Positions 12,580 to 24,540 of a stretch of 64,000 nt of DNA are shown in pieces. The DNA lies in NCBI RefSeq assembly GCF_001194135.2, contig NC_068998.1:44216174-44280173 (forward strand). Reading direction: 5' to 3'. Below the pieces are notes generated by a model. The model saw only the letters and a program-made list of their open reading frames with translations. It was not told the origin of the DNA and did not search any database. The stretch comes from Octopus bimaculoides (taxonomy: Eukaryota). The first letter of the stretch is position 1. Each line of letters opens with the position of its first letter. The translations under genes were made by a program, and so were the position numbers.

Positions 12580-12854
12580 GGCACATGTCTTCGTGGTTAA
12601 GCCTGTTGCACTGCCAATTGCGAGATCATGGGTTTGATTCCCAGACCGGGCTTTGTGTTGTGTTCTCGAGCAAAGTACTTCATTTCACATTGCTCTGCAA
12701 CAATTTTGGCTTCTAGCATATGGTAATAATCGATTTGATGGTGGGAGTGAGCTTATGTGTACACAAACATTTGATCACTATAAAGAAATCACCTGGTTGA
12801 TCAGCAAGAAATTGCTGAATTCTCATATGTCGTCTAATGACGGCAGAGTCCATG

Positions 12855-12896
<42 letters not shown>

Positions 12897-13135
12897 GTAT
12901 TTATGTGTAAGTTGGTGTCTCCTTGTCTTGATATCATGCAATAATTGTAAACAAGTGTATCATCATACACCAGTGACCTTCATTTCTATGAAAATATATC
13001 TGATTATTGAGAAATATTACACAACCAGTAAACAGGTGAGGGTTGGTGACAGGAGATGCATCCAGTCATAGAAAATCTGCCTCAACAAATTTTGTCTACC
13101 CCATGCAAGTATGGAGAAGTGGACATTACTATATG
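12578..13135 (+). mobile_element. SINE family D (tRNA-like head plus CORE-like domain), interrupted
   Basis: GGCACATG..GTGGTTA A-box-like, GGTTTGATTCCC B-box-like, then GAGCAAAGTACTTCATTTCACATTGCTC. Confidence 0.6.
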
Positions 13136-13205
13136 CACATGCATACATGTATATACACGCGTAGATATATTAAATACATAAACAGATAACATAAATAGAT
13201 AGATT

Positions 13206-13237
<32 letters not shown>

Positions 13238-13748
13238 CTACTCATGTGTCATCTCCCTGACTATGCTGCATTACTCTTGTGACTGGACAAAAATATATAG
13301 ATTCCATTCATTCTCTATATTCAAGTGGTATTTTGGAATGATATCCAACCAGATTTAAAAGCAATTGTTCCCAACAAATAAGTAATTCTATGCATGTAAG
13401 TATGGCAAAATAAATAGAAAATATCAAATGTGTATCTATATATGTGTGTGTCTGCTTAATTATTATTAATATAATAATAACAACTATAATAATATGGTCT
13501 AGTATATTTACAATTTGTTTCAGTATTTTCTTTAGAATCATATACATTTGTAGTAGCACAATTATTAATGTTGTGTGTGTTTTCCATTACATAAACTAAC
13601 ATACACATTGAGCAGTATTTTGATTTGCATCATTAGAATTACCTTTAATTCTGTCTCTGTCAATCTATCTGTTTATTAATCTGTCTGTCTCTCTGCCCTA
13701 CATTTTTCTTTCTGTCGCTCTCTCTCTCAGTGTATGTGTGTATGCATG

Positions 13749-13781
<33 letters not shown>

Positions 13782-14445
13782 NNNNNNNNNNNNNNNNNNN
13801 NNNNNNNNNNNNNNNNNNNNNNNNNNNNNNNNNNNNNNNNNNNNNNNNNNNNNNNNNNNNNNNNNNNNNNNNNNNNNNNNNNNNNNNNNNNNNNNNNNNN
13901 NNNNNNNNNNNNNNNNNNNNNNNNNNNNNNNNNNNNNNNNNNNNNNNNNNNNNNNNNNNNNNNNNNNNNNNNNNNNNNNNNNNNNNNNNNNNNNNNNNNN
14001 NNNNNNNNNNNNNNNNNNNNNNNNNNNNNNNNNNNNNNNNNNNNNNNNNNNNNNNNNNNNNNNNNNNNNNNNNNNNNNNNNNNNNNNNNNNNNNNNNNNN
14101 NNNNNNNNNNNNNNNNNNNNNNNNNNNNNNNNNNNNNNNNNNNNNNNNNNNNNNNNNNNNNNNNNNNNNNNNNNNNNNNNNNNNNNNNNNNNNNNNNNNN
14201 NNNNNNNNNNNNNNNNNNNNNNNNNNNNNNNNNNNNNNNNNNNNNNNNNNNNNNNNNNNNNNNNNNNNNNNNNNNNNNNNNNNNNNNNNNNNNNNNNNNN
14301 NNNNNNNNNNNNNNNNNNNNNNNNNNNNNNNNNNNNNNNACACACACACACACACACACAGATATATGCACACAAACATAGTGGAAGGAACGGGTTTTAA
14401 TGATATTGAATATTCTGTATGAATAATTGTAATAATAATGTAGGT

Positions 14446-14853
14446 GTAGGAGTGGCTGTATGGTAAGTAGCTTGCTTACCAGCCACATGGTTCCGGGTTC
14501 AGTCCTACTGCGTGGCACCTTGGACAAGTGTCTTCTACTTTAGCCTCGGGCCGACCAAACCCTTGTGAGTGGATTTTGTAGACGGAAACTAAAAGAAGCC
14601 CGTTGTACTTATGTAGATATATATATGTGTGTGTGTATATGTTTGTGTGTCTGTGTTTGTTCCCCCAACATTGCTTGACGACCGATGCTGGTGTGTTTAC
14701 ATCCCCGTAATCTAGCAGTTCGGCTAAAGAGACCGATAGAATAAGTACTAGGCTTACAAAGAATACATCCTGGGGTCGATTTGCTCGACTATAAAGGCAG
14801 TGCTCCAGCATGGCCGCAGTCAAATGACTGAAACAAGTAAAATAGTAAAAGAG
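14446..14853 (+). mobile_element. SINE family B, near full length
   Basis: tRNA-like head (GTGGCTGTATGGTAAG...GGTTCAGTCC), CORE-like CCTTGGACAAGTGTCTT, internal (TA/TG)n, end GCATGGCCGCAGTCAAATGACTGAAACAAGTAAAA. Confidence 0.9.
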
Positions 14854-15545
14854 AGTAGCCGTTGTTTAGATTTATGTCAGTTTCTGATTGAGCAAACCTA
14901 TGACCAAAGACTTTCCTCCGGTGACCATCCCATCTTTTTTAGACATACTGTAACCTGGATTACATAATTCAGTGTTTGCTCCTTCTTTCTTTATGCCAGT
15001 GGGTATGTGATTTAATCAGTATTTGTTTGCTATTTCTTGCAAGTCTATTGGTGACATAGCACATCCAAAGTTTTACATCTTGTACCTACCTACCTTTCCT
15101 TTTAATGTCTAGTCCTGCTTCAATTATACGCTGTCTAGAATTAGGCCCATTTGTTGAAATCCATTCAAATAACTGCAGTAGATTTGAGCACATAACTTAT
15201 GGAGTGATAGCTAAATAGTTTATCTCCTCAGCCACTCTGCTTCTTACCATTTTACCTCTGTAGCAAGAGTAGTTATTTCATCGATTAGTAATAATAACAG
15301 GAACATCAATAGAAACAATTGCAACAACAATAATATCAAGAACAAGATGTTGGTTTATAGCCAATTTTTAGTGACATAAAAGGTGGTGATGGTTCAGTGA
15401 ATTTTGGGATCCACTTCAAGACAACAACTTTCATTGTTGGTAGCCCTTTGGTGAGATGGTCACTGATTCTCATAAATGTTGCTTTTAATGGTATGGTCGT
15501 CTAATAGTGTGTGAGAATTTGTGGTGAGAAAAAGAGTGAGTGAGA

Positions 15546-15585
<40 letters not shown>

Positions 15586-16180
15586 GAAAGAGGATGTGTG
15601 AGAAAGAAACAGAAAGCCCCATGAGGTCAGTGTTTTTAGTTGGGATTTTAACTAAAAGAGCTGAATTGAAGAAATATATATTTAAACTCTCTCTTTCTCT
15701 CTCTGTATCTCATTCTTACAGTATCTTTCTCTTCCATACATGCACACACATACACACACACACATGCATGCATATACAAGCGACCTATTATTAAAGACAA
15801 CCCTGTTATGACCATCCTGTCTAAGATTACATGATCCCATGAATACGTTTCTTTTTCCTAAGAGCAGAAAATTGCCTTTATAATTAAAGTGTGGATTTAG
15901 TTGTTGTTGTTATGTAGCTCTGGACAGTAATGACCCAACAGTCCTGTGATCAATTATGTTACAACCATAACCATTCCTCATATTTTGTGACTTTTACCAA
16001 AAGTGCTATTACAAGAAAAGGGTACTTCAGGAATGAATAAGCATTAGGATAGAGGATGCAGTAAATTTGGTAAAGGATTTGCATTTCCCATCCATGAATG
16101 AAGTAAATAACGCTATTGTGATCCATCAGGCAACAACAGAATTTTTTTCTGAAAGTACCTTTTGCTGGCATGGGTTAGAC

Positions 16181-16315
16181 CAGTGTTTCTCAACCTTTTG
16201 CCCTTGTGTAACCCTTAAAATAAATTACATGTCTCAAGGAACCACTGCAGAAAAGAAAAATGATATACCATATCTTTCTCATATTTTTTCATCATAGTTC
16301 ACATGGTGAATATCA

Positions 16316-16330
<15 letters not shown>
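16181..16330. mobile_element. Left end of a hAT-type MITE running into a gap
   Basis: Starts CAGTGTTTCTCAACC, same TIR type as 10551 and 59745. Confidence 0.55.
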
Positions 16331-16361
<31 letters not shown>

Positions 16362-16724
16362 NNNNNNNNNNNNNNNNNNNNNNNNNNNNNNNNNNNNNNN
16401 NNNNNNNNNNNNNNNNNNNNNNNNNNNNNNNNNNNNNNNNNNNNNNNNNNNNNNNNNNNNNNNNNNNNNNNNNNNNNNNNNNNNNNNNNNNNNNNNNNNN
16501 NNNNNNNNNNNNNNNNNNNNNNNNNNNNNNNNNNNNNNNNNNNNNNNNNNNNNNNNNNNNNNNNTTTTTTTTTTTTTTTTTTTTTTTTTTGTGAATTAGC
16601 TTGATGTGTCTTCTCAAGCACAGCAAACAGCCAGAAGTCTCGATACATTGTCAGCACCTCCATGAGATTCAACATCTGAAGATCATGCTTCACCACCTCA
16701 TTCCATGTCAAGCAGTGAAGTGGG

Positions 16725-16875
16725 GGACAAACACAGATACACACACACACACACTCACACACATATACATATATATGATGATCTTCTTTCAGTTTACATC
16801 TACCAAATTCACTCACAAGGCTTTCATCAGCCTGAGGCTATAGCAGAAGACACTTGCCCAAGGTGCCACACAGTG
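16725..16875 (-). mobile_element. SINE family B fragment
   Basis: GGGGACAAACACAGATAC...CTCACAAGGCTTT...GAAGACACTTGCCCAAGGTGCCAC. Confidence 0.75.
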
Positions 16876-17269
16876 AGTCAGTTCAACTACTGTTTATTTA
16901 TCTGGCCATCACTATAATGTCCAGAAACAAGGTGTACCTCTTATACCACTGTTCCAATGGTGTAATATGATCAAGTGATTGTGGACATCATAGATAGATT
17001 CAGTCTTTGAGGATGGAATTGTTTCTAATTCTAGTTGCACGGCCTGGTTATATATTTTTTAACTAGATTTGACAGCTTTGGTTAAAATTCTCTATTTCAA
17101 AACCAAAAATATATATATAAAAAAGAAAAAAAAAAGAATAAAATAATGAATGGAAAATATTCATAAAAGAAATAAACGAGGCTTATTCATAAATACTGTA
17201 GCAAATAAATTTATATGGAGAGATGTTCAAAACACCTAAACAAAAGGCATATAGATTTATGTATATAAT

Positions 17270-17286
17270 GCATATATATGTGTGTG

Positions 17287-17341
<55 letters not shown>

Positions 17342-17362
17342 ATGTATATATTTGTGTGTATG

Positions 17363-17400
<38 letters not shown>

Positions 17401-17961
17401 ATATGTATATATGGGTGTGTGTGTGTGTACAGTTTTACATGTATGTGTTATATATTGTTTGTTAATTTATTTTCATTATTAGATTTTGGGAAGAAAATGT
17501 TCAACTCATGGATAGATGTAGCTCTGGATGATCATGTGTGTGTGTGTGTGTGTGTGTGTGCATGTGCATGTGCACTCTGGAACTGATGGTAGACAGTTGA
17601 CAGGGAGTGTGTATCTAGGGAATAATATATAGCTTCTATTATATATACATACATATATATTCAGAACAAGAGTAGTAAACACATACACACATATATATAT
17701 TTCTCAGTGTATATATACACATATATATATATATATTTCTTAGTGCACTTATACACACAAGTATGTAGAAACATACTGATACATATATGTCCACCATTTT
17801 GCTTTTGTCTTCCTCCAAAGATTAGGTTCGCTTCTTTGTAAATTTAGTACAAGACGAATATACATATTCTAGAAAAACAAATTACATATATACTATGCAT
17901 ACACACTTCACTCACACACACCAAAAAAGCATGCATATTATCTTTCTCTCTCACACACATG

Positions 17962-17992
<31 letters not shown>

Positions 17993-18075
17993 ATTCACAC
18001 ACACATACATTCACACACACACACGCACACGCTAACATACATAAATACATGCATACACACATACATGCATGCATT
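17270..18075. repeat. Cluster of (TA)n, (TG)n and (CA)n microsatellites
   Basis: Direct reading. Confidence 0.85.
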
Positions 18076-18230
18076 CTGTCCTCACACACATTGTATACGC
18101 ATATTTTGAATTCACTGAACAACAATCTAGTAACAAAACTTTCTTTAAGTATTTCAAATAACCTGTACAACTGAGAATTTCTTTAAAATACTATGCAAAA
18201 TTGCATTAATAATGATAGTAATAAAGATAA

Positions 18231-18261
<31 letters not shown>

Positions 18262-19040
18262 AATAATGATGATGATGATGAATAATGTATATACATGCCA
18301 AGAGAGAGAGAGAGAGTGTCCAGGGGATTTATTCATCAATACACACACATACATATTAATCTATCTGTCTATACACAGATAGATAGATAGATAAATAGAT
18401 AGGCACTCACACACACACACATGCAAATATAAAGTTATATATGTTGGCATATACACACATCCTTTGATAGACATATGTACACTGAAATGTAAACAAAAGA
18501 ATCAAAATATAATGAAAGGACTGAAAACAGAATGCTACTTAGATGTACGTACATACATGTAGTTGTACATTTGGATCCACACATGCATGCATACATAGTC
18601 AAAAAGCACAGTATATGGACATAAATTCATAGACCACANNNNNNNNNNNNNNNNNNNNNNNNNNNNNNNNNNNNNNNNNNNNNNNNNNNNNNNNNNNNNN
18701 NNNNNNNNNNNNNNNNNNNNNNNNNNNNNNNNNNNNNNNNNNNNNNNNNNNNNNNNNNNNNNNNNNNNNNNNNNNNNNNNNNNNNNNNNNNNNNNNNNNN
18801 NNNNNNNNNNNNNNNNNNNNNNNNNNNNNNNNNNNNNNNNNNNNNNNNNNNNNNNNNNNNNNNNTCTTACATTTGTACTGGAGAACCATATTGCTTGCTA
18901 TGCTTCATGTGAAGTCTAGGAACGGATTGAGTACTTGGCTCACTGTATTTATACAAGTTTGTCTCTCTCACTCGTCTTAGTGTTTGCATGTGTTTGTGTT
19001 GTAAAACCAGCAAATCCAAGAAGAAAGTTACAACTATTTG

Positions 19041-19042
<2 letters not shown>

Positions 19043-19079
<37 letters not shown>

Positions 19080-19330
19080 TAGATAGATAGATATTGATAT
19101 ATAAATAGATATATATATATATAGATATATATATATAGATATATATAGATATATATATATAGATATATATATATATAGATAGATATATATAGATATATAT
19201 ATATAGATAGATATATATAGATATATATATATACAGATATATGTATATATATATATATATGTTTGTAGATATATATAGATATATATATACAGATATATGT
19301 ATATTTATGTGTTTGTATATATATATATAT
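19043..19330. repeat. (TA)n/(GATA)n compound microsatellite
   Basis: Direct reading. Confidence 0.95.
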
Positions 19331-19669
19331 ATTCAAAGCTGATGAGTTACTCTGATGCTTCTTAGAGTTTTTTGCTGTGTGTGATCCATCAGGCAACAAG
19401 TGGATCTTTTAAAGGTTTTTTTTTTTGTTTTTTTTTTTTTCATCTTCTAGGTATAGCTCACTGCAAGAAATTTTAAACATTGACAGAGTGAATAATCACC
19501 TTTGAACGAATAAATAAGCAGTACTACATGTATTGAATAATCATTCTTTGTTTTCTCAACCAAATACTGTTCAAAAATCAAAAGTCAAAAAATGCAACAA
19601 AGCTGGCTGGCTTTCTCTGAGGCTGCGTGTGCTGGATGGCAAAGGACTAAAAGAAGTGATGAGATACTG

Positions 19670-19910
19670 TGAGATATATATATGTGTGTGTGTGTGTATA
19701 TGTTTGTGTGTCTGTGTTTGTCCCCCCAACATCGCTTGACAACCGATGCTGGTGTGTTTACGTCCCCATAACTTAGCGGTTCGGCAAAAGTGACCGATAG
19801 AATAAGTACTAGGCTTACAAAGAATAAGTCCTGGGGTCGATTTGCTCGACTATAAAGGTGGTGCTCCAGCATGGCCGCAGTCAAATGACTGAAACAAGTA
19901 AAATAGAAAG
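19670..19910 (+). mobile_element. SINE family B, 3' half
   Basis: Nearly identical to 14620-14853 (CCCCCAACATCGCTTGACAACCGATGCTGG...GACTGAAACAAGTAAAATAG). Confidence 0.9.
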
Positions 19911-20723
19911 AGAAAGAGAATTTGAAAATTTTGCTTCTCTGCAAATTTACAGAATTTATATCCATCTATGAAAGCCCTTTCTGTTTATCGTAGTTGATTG
20001 ACATTTCATGATGTATAGATATTTACCTGGCATTAAACACTTACCTGTTTAATGCCAGAGTTTTCTTTCTCTCAGTCATGTTGTCAACTCCTGACTACAA
20101 CTGTGTCATCATTTTCAGCGACAAGAGGCAAGATTTGAACTTAGTAGAAAGTTGGAAGAAATACCGCAAACCATTCTATTGACTGCTCTAACAAAACTTC
20201 CAATTTGTTGTCTTCTATAAATATATACAGGGTTAATTTTGGGAAGGATTACATGGCAATTCTAATTAATGTAGCATTACATCTCATTTACTGCGATTCT
20301 TTCTTCCTCTTTTTCCAGCTATCTCGCAGATAATATTGAGATACCCACATATTGAAAGTTGATAATGGCTAGTTCTCTCTTTTTACAGGTATTTTGATAA
20401 GGAAGAGATTGACTATTATCAGTCTCATTCTTTAGAATAATACTTCTGATTGATTCTTTTCTAATTTAACTTCAGCAGCAACTATAGCTTGCTTACAACA
20501 ATAGTCTGAGAAATCCAGTTGGTGGAATGTTATGAAATTGAATTCTTTGTCTCAGATATATCGTTATTTACTTCATTCATGGATGGGAAATGCAAATCCT
20601 TCACCAAATTTACTGCATCCTTTAACCTATTGCTTATCTAACTGACATCTGCAACAGACGATATTCATTCCTGCAGTTCCCTTTCCTTGTAATAGCCACT
20701 ACCAAATCGTTATTGTTGTTATA

Positions 20724-20768
<45 letters not shown>

Positions 20769-21266
20769 CTTTATCATCATCTTCATTTTCATCATTGTTG
20801 TTGTTGTTTGTAGTGCTATATATTTTTTATCATGCTAAAGAATTCTGGCTTTCTCTAGATTTTTACTGAACACTTCTAATTTGACCAGATTTTTATTTCC
20901 TTTCAGTTTTTAGTTTCACTTGAAATACTTGCAATTATTATTTTTTTTTTTTTTTTTTTTTCCACCTTGCTCACATCCAAGAAATCTATAGACTTCATTC
21001 ACATCTGGATCAAGTGAATTTATTCTATCTGAAAGGACCTTCAAGTCCTGCCTCTTTAACCATTTCCTCTCTTACATATACAATCTCAATACACTGTTTG
21101 ACACCTTGACACTACAGCCTCCTCCTGTGTCAGTGATTTTTTTCCAATATACTTTCAGATTCTCAATGAACAGTATGTGTATCATTTTCATACTGTTTAT
21201 TATTATTATTATTAATACAAAAGGAATGCTGTTATTACTATTATTATTATTATTATCATTATTATT

Positions 21267-21468
21267 AAGGTGGCACGCTGGCAGAATCCTTAGCATGCCA
21301 GGTGAAATTCTTCGCAGCATTTCATCCCATCTTTATGTTCTGAGTTCAAATTCCGCCAAGTTCGCCTTTGCCTTTCATCTTTTTAAGGTTGACGAAATAA
21401 GTATCAGTTAAGTACTGGGGTTAATGTAAATGACTTAACCCATCCTCTAGAATTTCAGGCCTTAATGC
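21267..21468 (+). mobile_element. SINE family A copy
   Basis: Family A head and core following an (ATT)n tract. Confidence 0.85.
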
Positions 21469-22549
21469 TACAGGTAACATGTAATCCAGTACAATCCATT
21501 GCATGCTTGGACTGGCTGCAACTAAACCAGAAACCCTACCAAGTGTAATTGATAAAGGGGGTAATTTTTGTTCGACACCGAGTCAAAGGAGAGATGGACC
21601 CTTTGGAGTCAATGACTATCCACAAGCTGCGACTGTGAGACCCCTTGTAATTGTTTAGATATCTCTATAGAAAAACAAAATTCCAAAATAACACCCACCT
21701 CATTGTGAAACCAGAGTTCTAGCTCTCGCTTCTTTCTGGACTATTTGGCTTTGGAACCAAAAGTCTTAGTAGTTTTTATGCAAGCTTATATTGACTTCTA
21801 ATTTCAACATGACATTGTTGACGGCCATTGTCATTAGCATCTAATTTGTCAGTGACGGTAGTACTTGTCTATAAGTTGAAAACCACTCTATGTATATATA
21901 CCAAACCCCTTATCCGCTCATGCTATATACATACGTTTGTGTATATATAATAACTATGATAGATATGTGGGGATACAAAAGGGAAGACATATATACACTT
22001 ATGTATATACATACACACCAATATACAAACAGAATGAAATTGTTTTCATTTATCTATTCTTTAATTTTCCAGTCACTGAGAAGCCATATTTCCATTTTGA
22101 GATGCCACCTTTCATCATTGAACAGTGAAAAATTATTTCTGTTAGTTTTAAAATAGATTTTAACTACAAAATAAAATATTTTACTTAGTTCTTCATATAG
22201 TAGACATCTTGGAAAGATTATGATTTGCTCACAATACCAACCTACCGTTGTTTGCTATAATGGAATTCTGATATAAAAGTGAAATTTCCCAATTCCTCTG
22301 ATTCATTTCCTCTTTATATGTGTGCACAATTTAATGATCTTGACACAGGAACTAAAAATTTATTCTTACCATTAATAACTGGCATACCAATACTGTCAAA
22401 ACATTCGCAATTGATTCGATTATTGTTTTGGAAAGGATCTGTAGCATTATCCTTCTCACCATCGTCATCATCATCACTGTTGCCAACATCATCATCATCA
22501 TCGTCGTCATTGTCGACATCATCATCATCATTTTGTCCTCATTGATATT

Positions 22550-22890
22550 TCGCTATTTAGCCCATGGTTAGTCCTAAATGAGCAGACATATGATCAAAAG
22601 ACTTTTAACTGTGCTCATACTATCTTTTCTTTCATACACAGTGTATCTAAGAATACATTATTCAATGAGACTTTTCTAGTTGTTAGGTTGGTTTCATTGA
22701 AGCAGAGATATGATGAAAGATGTTCCAGCCATGAAAATCACACCTTTCGCTTCACACACAGTGCATCAAGGACTACATTGTGTAATGTTTCCTTTTATTT
22801 CAGACAGTAGAGTGTGATTTGCGGGCTATTAGCTTGCTATATCTAGTAAGCTGAGTGAGAATTTAGAGAAACCTCTCTCCTTAGCTTGTC
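22550..22890 (-). mobile_element. SINE-like family E copy, partly duplicated
   Basis: TTTAGCCC...GAGCAGACATATGATCAAAAG...GTGTGATTTGCGGGCTATTAGCTTGCTATATCTAG. Same family near 14870-15060, 28980-29200, 30810-31010, 33740-33955, 60780-60870 (-) and 23090-23290, 32350-32560, 56620-56890 (+). Confidence 0.6.
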
Positions 22891-23289
22891 ATCATCATCA
22901 TCATATTGTTGTTAATTTTGAACATGAAAAGCAGGAACCGTCATTGTCATAACCAAAGGAGTGCCATACATATGTAGGAGAGGTGATGATGGTGGTAGTT
23001 GTTATAATAGCAGTAAATAATCTGTAGACTCCTTTTTGTGAACAAAATATAAAATATTATTAAGTAAATCATCGACAGATACATAATACAGTTGTTTGAT
23101 CAGCTAGAAATAGCAGCAAGATTTCCTTCAACTCCTACTTTATCATCAAAAAGGAGGAAAGAAACTTGTAAGATAATGTAGACTTCAATAATTCTAAAAG
23201 TGATGGGACAGCAACAGCTCGAACATCTTTGATTCCAAATTTGTCTCAGGAAGGATTTGATCCCAAACTTGTATCATGAGGCTAATCTC

Positions 23290-23630
23290 TAACAACAACA
23301 ACAACCACAACCACAACAACAACAACCACAACAACAACCACAACAACAACAACAGCAAACTGGTATGTCATAGTATTTTAAATCTATTTAACAGTCAATT
23401 TAACATTAATGGTTCCAGGAAGTTCACTTCCTGTCCTACTGCATTAGATGTCATCAAATTCAGAATTGCCTGCTTTTCCACTTCATTTCACCGCCACCTC
23501 CAAACCCATCACCACTTTATTATCAATACTCCCTCTACCATGACCACATACACCACTTCTTCCTATCACCACCACCACCAACATCACAACCACCACCACC
23601 ACCTTCATCATCCCAACATTTATTACAATC
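23290..23630. repeat. (AAC/ACC/CAC)-rich low-complexity tract
   Basis: Direct reading. Confidence 0.85.
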
Positions 23631-23849
23631 ATTAACAGACTGAAATATTGCCAAATTCATTACAGTTTAATTGTTCAAGCAAAAGTTTAGAACGGATTTC
23701 AGTTGCATTAAATAATTCCAATATATTACTGGTATATATTTTGTCTTTTATTCACCCACACACACCATGCTCACCCACACAAGCTTCTATAATGAATTTT
23801 GATTAATTAAAGCCTATTAGAAACATTTAATGATAAGGCAATGGTTACT

Positions 23850-24540
23850 AGGAATTAGACAGAGAATGACTTAATTGCATGTTGTGGCAGTGGTGATGGT
23901 GCTGGCGGTAGTAATGGTGTTGCTGGTGGTGGTGATGTTGGTGGTGATGGTGGTGGTGCTCCTGGTAGTGATGGTGGTGGTTGTGGTGGTGGTAGTGGTG
24001 TTGCTGTGGGGATGGTGTTGGCGTTGCTGGTGGTGGTGATGTTGGTGGTGGTGGCGTCGCCGTCGACATTGTTGTTGTTACTGCTGCTGCTGGTGGTAGT
24101 GGGGATGATGTTGGTGGTGGTGGTGGTGGTGGTGACTGTAGTGACAGGTGTGACTGCAACACTGGCAGTGACTGACACAAGCGGTTATCATTGTAGCAAC
24201 AGTTGTGAAGTGATGTAATAATAAAGCCAGTAATAATTGCTGCTGTTGTAAAGGTAGATTAGTGACAACGGAGGTGATGACGGTTGTTGTCATAATGGTG
24301 ATAGTAATGATAGAGATGGCTGTCATCGTTGTAATGGTCGTTGTGCTGACAGTCAGTGGTGGTGGTGGTGGTTCCTTTAGAAATTGAGATACTAGAGCAA
24401 CAGGTTGTTAATCTCATAGCAACAGTGGTGACAGAAACTAGTGTGTTGGTTGTAGTTGATGTAGTGGTGCAAGGTGTTGTGATTTGTGATGGTGGTGGTG
24501 GTGGTAGTTTTTGATGATGAAACTTCTACATGGTTGAAAC
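23850..24540. repeat. (GGT/GTT/GCT)-rich low-complexity tract
   Basis: Direct reading; source of the Pro/Thr/His-rich ORFs. Confidence 0.9.

Noticed and set aside
20021-20047. U1 snRNA 5' end (TTACCTGGCA, ACTTACCTG)
   Set aside because: Match is only 9-10 nt and the U1 body does not follow.
23855-24178. Thr/Pro-rich mucin-like ORF
   Set aside because: Overlapping frames on both strands are equally open; it is a degenerate (ACC)n tract with no convincing splice signals.
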